From: Candidatus Egerieousia sp.
Lineage (GTDB): Bacteria > Bacteroidota > Bacteroidia > Bacteroidales > UBA932
DNA length: 64,000 bases
Assembly (NCBI GenBank): GCA_036804445.1
Contig: DAIRSJ010000002.1
Coordinates: forward strand, 2,025 to 66,024
Reading direction: 5' to 3'
The notes beneath the pieces are model-generated. The model worked only from the letters and a program-made list of their open reading frames with translations. It made no database searches and was not told where the DNA came from. The translations under genes were made by a program, and so were the position numbers. Of the stretch, positions 57,101-64,000 are shown piece after piece; the stretch's first letter is position 1; each line of letters opens with the position of its first letter.

Positions 57101-58261
57101 TTAGTATCCGGCGATATGTCGCGGACATCTTACAAGGTTCTCTACTCTAACCGGTTCTCTGTTCTCTTTAAGCTGTCTTATATGTTTTGTCCATTTTACA
57201 GGAGACTCTCCGGCATAAAGAAGAAAACTGTTGTGAAAAACTCCGCGGGAGGTAAAGCCGGCTTGTTTATACATTTTCATAATGTCCAACTCCGGTTGTT
57301 CCGCAATTATTCTGCACAACTCCATGACTCTGTAATAGTTGCACATACTTTTAAAGTTATTAAACGGACTTTTGCCGATGGCCCTTGCCGTATATGATTT
57401 ATTTGTCCCCACCGCCAGCGACGCTTCAAAAACTTTATAATCCGGATTTAAATATGGTTTCTCTCTATCAAAAAGAATCATGAGTCTTCTCATTATCTCT
57501 TCATCATCAAGGATTTCCCCGTCGTCAAGCAATAAAGGATTTTCTGAATTTTCGGTATCATAAAGGACATGTTGTACTTTTTTGAATTTTTGATTTTCTC
57601 TTATTAAGTCAAGAGTCAATCTAACCTGAACGGTAACAAGTATTATAAATGACAACAGAGCCTCTGCAATCATAATTTTATCAATTAAAAATAAAACATG
57701 CAATACATAATTAGCAATTATAAAAAACTCAAAATTGAGCAATGTGACAAACAATTTTTTGTTAACACTAGAATAAATAAAGTCCGCCCTGCGGACAAAA
57801 GATTTCGCACAAAAAAAGCAGAACAGCACAGTGGATATTGATATTAGCGCAAAATGCTCATAGTAAAGTATTTGATCATTTAAACAATAAATTCTAATAG
57901 CATCATACGCCGCTATTAGAATCCATAAAAAGATTAAATATTTTAATGCCGGCTTTAGATGCCTGCATTTGTCAATAATGATACCTTTTGCCTCAAGAAA
58001 CAACACAAAAAAAACACCCGTAAATATGTATACTTTACACACAACGGCTTCTTGGTGACTTACAGCGGGGAAAAAATTTATTTTATCATGAAATTTAAAA
58101 TACAGCACCTCCAGGGCAACCACCAGTGCCAGTGAAAAATAGGCGGCAAACAAACCTGAGTTTTGTCTAAAATTTTTCCTATAACGACAACTTATAAACA
58201 GGCCTGCAACTATAAATACGTATAAAAACATTATTATAACCATATGGCTACCATTCATCAT
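57101..58261 (-). CDS. Membrane-embedded AraC-family regulator (about 7 TM N-terminal domain plus C-terminal HTH)
   Basis: 386 aa. About 230 hydrophobic multi-TM residues are followed by REKPYLNPDYKVFEASLAVGTNKSYTARAI...AGFTSRGVFHNSFLLYAGESP. Confidence 0.6.
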   Translation of the reverse strand: MMNGSHMVIIMFLYVFIVAGLFISCRYRKNFRQNSGLFAAYFSLALVVALEVLYFKFHDKINFFPAVSHQEAVVCKVYIFTGVFFVLFLEAKGIIIDKCRHLKPALKYLIFLWILIAAYDAIRIYCLNDQILYYEHFALISISTVLFCFFCAKSFVRRADFIYSSVNKKLFVTLLNFEFFIIANYVLHVLFLIDKIMIAEALLSFIILVTVQVRLTLDLIRENQKFKKVQHVLYDTENSENPLLLDDGEILDDEEIMRRLMILFDREKPYLNPDYKVFEASLAVGTNKSYTARAIGKSPFNNFKSMCNYYRVMELCRIIAEQPELDIMKMYKQAGFTSRGVFHNSFLLYAGESPVKWTKHIRQLKENREPVRVENLVRCPRHIAGY

Positions 58262-58492
58262 AGTTAATAAATTAAAGGTTTGTAATTGATTATAGATTTG
58301 ACAATTACGATTAATACAAAATTACTCAGCAGTAATAAAAAATATTTCCTAAATATTAGGGACAGTTAAAATATTGTGATTTCCGGAAAAAAAATTTGAC
58401 GATTTTGCGCGGTACAACTAAACCGATTGTTACTGCAATAAGCACAATCGTAAAAAACAAGTAAAAAGATAAATTTTTAGGCTGAAAAAAGC

Positions 58493-59434
58493 CTATTTCT
58501 TAATCTGCTTAAACCCGCGGCCGTAAACTCCCGACACATTTGTAACAGACACAAACGCCTCTTTATCAATCTCTCTGATAATTTTATAAAAAGAATTAGT
58601 ATCTGTCTTATGAATAATCACCACCAACAACTTACCCTCTTGCTTGGTATACCATCCGGTGGAATCTACAACGCTTACGCCGCGGCCTAACTTAGAAGTT
58701 ATTGCATCTGCTATCTCTACATATTTTTTGGAGAAAATAAACGCCTGTAAAGATTGTTGTGAACCGGCAAGAAACATATCCACGGTGTAACTGGATGCGC
58801 CGATTAAAAGATAGCCATAAAGTACTGTGGCCAGGCGCATTCCCCATGTCTCCTTACCAATAACCGCACCGCCTGCATCCAGTATGTCTTTTGCAGGAAT
58901 TAACAGAGAAGATGCTATTATGAAAATATCAATATAAAGGATAACACGGCCGGGGGATATGTTACGGTACTTTGTAACCATAAGTGCAATTATATCCGTT
59001 CCGCCGGTGCTTCCGCCTTGAGCAAAGCATATTCCGATTCCAAAACCCGACATAACTCCGCCAAAAATTGAACTTAAAAGCTTGCCGTTGGATATGGCTA
59101 TTTCTTGAATAAAATCTGCCGGAATAAAACCCGGAACTATTTGAAAAAATACTGACGTTATGAATATGGCATACACTGTCTTAAAGCCAAAGGCTTTGCC
59201 CAGAACTTTAAGAGCAATTAGAAGCAACACTGTGTTAATGACAAAGAAAGAAATACTGATTGGTATCTTGAACGCATAAAAGATAATGGCTGAAACGCCG
59301 GTAACTCCGCCGCCAACCATATTATTGGGGATTAGGAAAATTTCCCATCCTGTGACATAGCATAGAAGTCCGAGCGTTATGAAAAAATAACACTTTATAA
59401 TATCTAAAACTTGTGGTAGAGAAACCCTCTTCAT
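58493..59434 (-). CDS. YitT-family membrane protein (DUF2179 C-terminal domain)
   Basis: 313 aa with 5-6 TM segments, a GGSTGGTDI motif and a C-terminal soluble domain ending VYGRGF. Confidence 0.8.
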   Translation of the reverse strand: MKRVSLPQVLDIIKCYFFITLGLLCYVTGWEIFLIPNNMVGGGVTGVSAIIFYAFKIPISISFFVINTVLLLIALKVLGKAFGFKTVYAIFITSVFFQIVPGFIPADFIQEIAISNGKLLSSIFGGVMSGFGIGICFAQGGSTGGTDIIALMVTKYRNISPGRVILYIDIFIIASSLLIPAKDILDAGGAVIGKETWGMRLATVLYGYLLIGASSYTVDMFLAGSQQSLQAFIFSKKYVEIADAITSKLGRGVSVVDSTGWYTKQEGKLLVVIIHKTDTNSFYKIIREIDKEAFVSVTNVSGVYGRGFKQIKK

Positions 59435-59516
59435 ATTTTAAACAAATATTGATAATTATCTCGATAACAAATATACGCCGCTCATCTTGTACATGCTGCA
59501 CATCTGATTACGCCGT

Positions 59517-60473
59517 CTAACTATTATTAATCCACTTTAAAAAACTCCTTACTTTTTCATCTTTGCTCTTCTTCTCCTTAAATTGAGGCTTGACCTTCAC
59601 TTTCTCAAAACCTTCTCCATAAACAGCAGAAACGTTCCCTACCGTCACAAACGCCCTGTTGTCAATATTTTTTATAGATGACATTATGCCTGCAACCTGA
59701 TACTTTCTTGCAACCACAACAAGAACTTTGCTCTCATCTTTTGTGTACCATCCCATTGAATCCAGAGCAGTAACTCCGCGATGTTCATCACTGATAAGCA
59801 TGTCTGCAATCGCCTGATATTTGCCGGAGATAACCATTATCTGGACAGACTGCTGCCGTCCGGTAAGAAAGGCATCTAACATATATGAAAATGAGACAGT
59901 TGTAAGATAACCGTAAATAAAATCACTTAAACCTTTTCCCGGCAGGAAGAGAATGGAACCAATAATTATAAGATCACAGTACATGAAAACTTTTCCGGGA
60001 GAAGTGTCGTAATATTTTGTAAGAACGAGGGCAACGATATCAGTACCTCCGGTGCTGCCGCCCTTCTTAAAAATCATAGAAATTCCTACTGCCAGAATTG
60101 CTCCGCCGAGCACTGCTGATACAAGCTTGTCAGATATATCTGAAAGACTCATCAGCCAATGCCAGTGCGGCATTACCGCCAAGAAAAAAGTTGCGCACAA
60201 AATGCTGTAAATTGTCTTGAACCCGAATCCTCTCCCAAGAATAATAGTTCCTAATAAAAGCAATATCACATTAATTCCAATATAGCTGACATACAATGGA
60301 ATAAAGCCATTGGTAGCATATTGAATATTTGTAGCAAGACCTGTAACGCCACCGCCTGTAATTCCCTGGGGAGTAATAAACGCCGTCCACCCGCCGCAAT
60401 AGATGAACACACCTACTGTAATAACAAAATATTCAAAAATTATCTTTGATACGGTTGCAACTTTGCCTGCCAT
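59517..60473 (-). CDS. YitT-family membrane protein (paralog)
   Basis: 318 aa with the same architecture (GGSTGGTDI, VYGEGF). It is in tandem with the previous gene, and its start abuts the leuS stop. Confidence 0.8.
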   Translation of the reverse strand: MAGKVATVSKIIFEYFVITVGVFIYCGGWTAFITPQGITGGGVTGLATNIQYATNGFIPLYVSYIGINVILLLLGTIILGRGFGFKTIYSILCATFFLAVMPHWHWLMSLSDISDKLVSAVLGGAILAVGISMIFKKGGSTGGTDIVALVLTKYYDTSPGKVFMYCDLIIIGSILFLPGKGLSDFIYGYLTTVSFSYMLDAFLTGRQQSVQIMVISGKYQAIADMLISDEHRGVTALDSMGWYTKDESKVLVVVARKYQVAGIMSSIKNIDNRAFVTVGNVSAVYGEGFEKVKVKPQFKEKKSKDEKVRSFLKWINNS

Positions 60474-63283
60474 TACATTACAATATTGATAATTCTTCCA
60501 GGGATAACTATAACTTTTTTAACACTGTTCTCTCCAATATATTTTGCGGTCTCCTCTGCAGCAAGAACGGCCTTTTCAACCTCCTCCTTTGACAAACTTT
60601 TTGCAAGAGAAATCTTAAATCTTGTCTTGCCGTTGAAAGACACCGGATAGTCAAAATTCTCTTCTCTTGTGTACTTCTCCTCATACTTAGGAAATTCCGC
60701 AAATGAAATGCTTCCTTTGTGTCCCGACAGACTCCACAATTCCTCGCAGATATGAGGTGCAAAAGGTGAAAGCAAAATTATGACCGGCTCCATAATTGCT
60801 CTCTTATTGCACTTTAAATCAGACAATTCATTAGTGGCAATCATAAACGCCGAAACGGAAGTATTGTATGAGAAATTGGAAATATCATCATCCACTTTTT
60901 TAATAAGCTTGTGTAATACTTTTAGTTCCAGAGCGTTTGGAGCCTCATCGGAAAGATTAATCTCTCCTTCCGCATTTGGTTTTCCGCCAAATTCTCCAAA
61001 GAACATTTTCCATAACCGCTTAAGGAATCTGTTAACTCCGTCTATTCCTTTTGTATCCCACGGTTTGCTCTGCTCAACCGGTCCAAGGAACATCTCATAA
61101 AGTCTCAATGTATCAGCACCGTACGTATCGCATATACTGTCGGGATTTACAACATTGTACATAGATTTGCTCATCTTCTCAATGGCCCAGCCGCACTTGT
61201 ACTCCCCGTTCTCCAATATGAATTCAGCTTTTGCAAAATCCGGCATCCACTTTTTAAAGCCTTCTATATCAAGCTTATCATTGTGAACAAGATTTACATC
61301 AACATGAATTTCCGTTGTTTCATATTTGTCCTTAAAGCCAAAAGACACAAACTTATTTGTATTCTTAATCCTGTATACAAAGTTGGAACGGCCCTGTATC
61401 ATCCCCTGATTTATAAGTTTTTGGAATGGCTCCGGTTCTGCAACATAACCTAAATCATAAAGAAATTTATTCCAAAAACGGGAGTAAATCAAGTGACCCG
61501 TAGCATGCTCAGTTCCGCCTACGTACAAATCAACATTTCTCCAATATTCATCCGCATCTTTGCTTACAAGAGCCTCATTATTATGAGGATCCATATATCT
61601 CAGATAATAAGCGCTGCTCCCTGCAAAACCGGGCATGGTACTTTTCTCCAAAGGATAACCCTTGTATGTCCAGTCTTTTGCTCTGGCCAATGGAGGTTCT
61701 CCGTCCGCAGTTGGCTTAAATGACTCAACCTTTGGAAGTTGCAGCGGCAACTCATCTTCCGGGATTGGGGTTGCAACACCATCTTTGTAATAAATCGGGA
61801 ACGGCTCCCCCCAATATCTTTGTCTGGAGAATATAGCATCCCTCAGCCTGTAATTAATTTTCTTTTTACCTATGCCGCGTTTCTCCACTTCCGCAATCCC
61901 CAGAGGAATAGCCTCTTTAACGGTTTTACCGGAAAGAAATCCGCTGTTGCACATAACTCCATCCTTTGCATCAAAACTCTCTTTGCTTATGTCACATCCT
62001 TCAATAAGAGGAATTATTTTGAGATTAAATTTTTTTGCAAAAGCGTAGTCTCTGCTGTCATGAGCGGGAACGGCCATGATTGCACCCGTACCGTAACCTG
62101 CAAGAACATACTCTGAAATCCAAATCGGAACTTTATCTCCCGTAAAAGGATTGACCGCATAAGAGCCGGAGAACACGCCGGTTACGGTATGCGTCTCCGC
62201 AATTCTCTCACGCTCCGTTTTCTTTTTAGCCTCTTTCAGATAAGTGTCAACATCACTCTTTTGTTCCTTTGTTGTAAGCAGCTCCACCCACTCGCTCTCA
62301 GGAGCAAGTACCATAAACGTAACTCCGAAAACAGTATCTGCACGAGTAGTGAATATTTTCATATCATGCTCAGAATTAGCAGGCTGCCCGTTTGCAGGAT
62401 CAGGATTTGACACCTTGAAAACAATCTCGGCTCCGTAAGATTTTCCTATCCAGTTGCGCTGCATCTCTTTTAGAGCATCTGTCCACTGAAGCTTGTCCAA
62501 ATCATCAAGCAATCTCCCCGCATAAGCGGAAATCCTCAGCTGCCACTGCTTCATTCTTTTCTGTTCAACCGGAAAACCTCCGCGCACAGAGAGCCCCTCT
62601 TTCACTTCATCATTTGCCAATACGGTTCCAAGTTTTGAGCACCAGTTCACAGATGTTTCCCCCTGATATGCAATACGATACTGCATAAGTATATCTGATT
62701 TTTCTTTTTCTGAAAAACCCTTCCACTGTTCCGCGGAAAAGACATTAACGTCTCCGCACGCAGCGTTTACTTTTTTATTTCCTTCTGCCTCAAATATTTT
62801 TACAAGTTCCTCAACCGGCTCCGCTTTGCGATGCTCATTATTGTACCAGCACCCAAACATTTTTAAGAAAGCCCACTGCGTCCATTTATAATATCCCGGA
62901 TCACAAGTTCTAACCTCTCTGTCCCAGTCAAAAGAGAAACCGATTCTATCCAGCTGCTCTCTGTATCTATTTATGTTATTGACAGTTGTAACCTCAGGAT
63001 GTTGCCCCGTCTGAATTGCATACTGCTCCGCAGGAAGACCAAAAGCATCATAACCCATTGGGTGTAAAACATTAAAACCTTTAAGTCTTTTGTATCGGCT
63101 GTAAATATCGCTTGCTATATAACCTAGAGGATGTCCTACATGTAATCCCGCACCTGAGGGGTAAGGGAACATATCCAATACGTAATACTTTGGTTTTGAA
63201 AGATCTGTTTTAACTTTAAACGTTCCGTTCTTAGCCCAGAACTCCTGCCACTTCTTTTCTATCTCCTTAAAATTGTAATCCAT
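60473..63283 (-). CDS. leuS: Leucyl-tRNA synthetase
   Basis: 936 aa with HIGH-type [13 protein letters not shown], and an editing-domain insertion. Confidence 0.95.
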   Translation of the reverse strand: MDYNFKEIEKKWQEFWAKNGTFKVKTDLSKPKYYVLDMFPYPSGAGLHVGHPLGYIASDIYSRYKRLKGFNVLHPMGYDAFGLPAEQYAIQTGQHPEVTTVNNINRYREQLDRIGFSFDWDREVRTCDPGYYKWTQWAFLKMFGCWYNNEHRKAEPVEELVKIFEAEGNKKVNAACGDVNVFSAEQWKGFSEKEKSDILMQYRIAYQGETSVNWCSKLGTVLANDEVKEGLSVRGGFPVEQKRMKQWQLRISAYAGRLLDDLDKLQWTDALKEMQRNWIGKSYGAEIVFKVSNPDPANGQPANSEHDMKIFTTRADTVFGVTFMVLAPESEWVELLTTKEQKSDVDTYLKEAKKKTERERIAETHTVTGVFSGSYAVNPFTGDKVPIWISEYVLAGYGTGAIMAVPAHDSRDYAFAKKFNLKIIPLIEGCDISKESFDAKDGVMCNSGFLSGKTVKEAIPLGIAEVEKRGIGKKKINYRLRDAIFSRQRYWGEPFPIYYKDGVATPIPEDELPLQLPKVESFKPTADGEPPLARAKDWTYKGYPLEKSTMPGFAGSSAYYLRYMDPHNNEALVSKDADEYWRNVDLYVGGTEHATGHLIYSRFWNKFLYDLGYVAEPEPFQKLINQGMIQGRSNFVYRIKNTNKFVSFGFKDKYETTEIHVDVNLVHNDKLDIEGFKKWMPDFAKAEFILENGEYKCGWAIEKMSKSMYNVVNPDSICDTYGADTLRLYEMFLGPVEQSKPWDTKGIDGVNRFLKRLWKMFFGEFGGKPNAEGEINLSDEAPNALELKVLHKLIKKVDDDISNFSYNTSVSAFMIATNELSDLKCNKRAIMEPVIILLSPFAPHICEELWSLSGHKGSISFAEFPKYEEKYTREENFDYPVSFNGKTRFKISLAKSLSKEEVEKAVLAAEETAKYIGENSVKKVIVIPGRIINIVM

Positions 63284-63322
63284 TGAGCAACAAAATTTAT
63301 AAACTATTCTATATTTCGACAG

Positions 63323-64000
63323 CTATTTTTTTATGCCAAAGCTGCCTTTATTTTTTGTCAAAATAAATTCTACGGGAAGAGACATCCTTACGCTGACGTT
63401 GGAGCCGTCGAGTGTTGCAGGCTTCCATTTTGGAGAAGCTTTAAACACTTTAATAACCTCATTGTCAATATCGTCACTGAGACTCTTTGTTATCTTGATA
63501 TCTCTTACCGCACCCGTTTTATCAACAACAAACTCCACTTGCTCCGTCCCTTCTATTCCCTCTGCAATTGCACTGTCGGGATATTTAACATACTGATAAA
63601 CCCACTCCTTAAGAAAGTACCTTTCATCACCTTTTAGGAATGTTGCCCTGTGATCCACACCTTGCTGGGTGTAAATTATCTCACTCTTGCCGCCGACCTT
63701 CTCTTCTACGGACTTAAGCCCTTTATCTATTTTTTGTTCCCGTGATGCGGCCGTCAATGCAAAAGAGTAAATAAACTCCGCAATTTGATCCATTTGAAAG
63801 TAATCCAACGTCTCAGGCGTATCTTTTACCGTGTTCATCCGTGAATGCGAACCTGTAGTAAACAACACCGCAGGTATTTCTTTCTGATAGAAGTTTCTAT
63901 AATCTGAGCCAAAAGGTTCTTTATCTGACAATGAAGGGGTTACAGAGAAAGGATTTGACGCTATGGCTCCGATAATTCCGTTTATATCAGGGTTCTGAAC
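63323..64000 (-). CDS. C-terminal part of an M28-peptidase-like protein fused to a TonB_C-like domain (5' end outside window)
   Basis: The frame stays open upstream of the tracked TTG start to the window edge. An M28-like tail (GSDYRNFYQKEIPAVLFTTGSH...DT) is followed by a TonB C-terminal-like segment (YPDSAIAEGIEGTEQVEFVVDKTGAVRDIKI...PKWKPATLDG). Confidence 0.55.
   Translation of the reverse strand, partial: VQNPDINGIIGAIASNPFSVTPSLSDKEPFGSDYRNFYQKEIPAVLFTTGSHSRMNTVKDTPETLDYFQMDQIAEFIYSFALTAASREQKIDKGLKSVEEKVGGKSEIIYTQQGVDHRATFLKGDERYFLKEWVYQYVKYPDSAIAEGIEGTEQVEFVVDKTGAVRDIKITKSLSDDIDNEVIKVFKASPKWKPATLDGSNVSVRMSLPVEFILTKNKGSFGIKK

Noticed and set aside
1610-63581. Chi-like or KOPS/FtsK-orienting interpretation of the CTGTCGGGA word
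   Set aside because: Those signals are strongly skewed to one strand per replichore. Here the orientations are 10:9 and interleaved along the window, with no switch point.

Overview
AT-rich (about 40% GC by eye), densely coding chromosomal segment with Bacteroidota (Bacteroidales-like) hallmarks: GLPGLI and OMP beta-barrel families, a Y_Y_Y sensor, TAnnTTTG -7 boxes and no Shine-Dalgarno sequences. Most of the ~52 supported genes are housekeeping. They include purE, hpt, adk, obg, lplA, hpf, a Xer-type recombinase, rpsU, mutAB, a metY-metX-thrA-asd operon, parE, tdk, rsmI, folE, trkA and leuS. The rest are a TolC/HlyD/ABC-2 efflux cluster, two two-component systems, an [FeFe]-hydrogenase and an OMP/GLPGLI accessory patch. 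I saw no rRNA, tRNA, CRISPR array, IS element or recognisable defence island. The unusual signals are at the DNA level. (1) The 9-mer CTGTCGGGA occurs 19 times exactly on both strands, against about 0.5 expected. It appears in all reading frames of unrelated genes, shows no orientation bias, and occurs once as an inverted pair, so it resembles a DNA-uptake sequence or HIP-like word. (2) A related perfect palindrome, TCTGTCGCGACAGA, lies 13-32 nt upstream of three start codons. (3) A 32-codon mini-ORF ending LMSMRMHR, followed by three hairpins and an intrinsic terminator, lies upstream of the methionine operon and is a candidate Met-codon leader-peptide attenuator. (4) Eight tandem 12-bp repeats sit in front of the TolC operon. 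(5) Asd carries two large insertions. (6) An outer-membrane barrel gene is frameshifted in an A7 tract, next to a truncated GLPGLI gene. (7) A five-module repeat lipoprotein lies beside an atypical Y_Y_Y kinase / LuxR regulator pair. All functional readings are hypotheses made without database searches.
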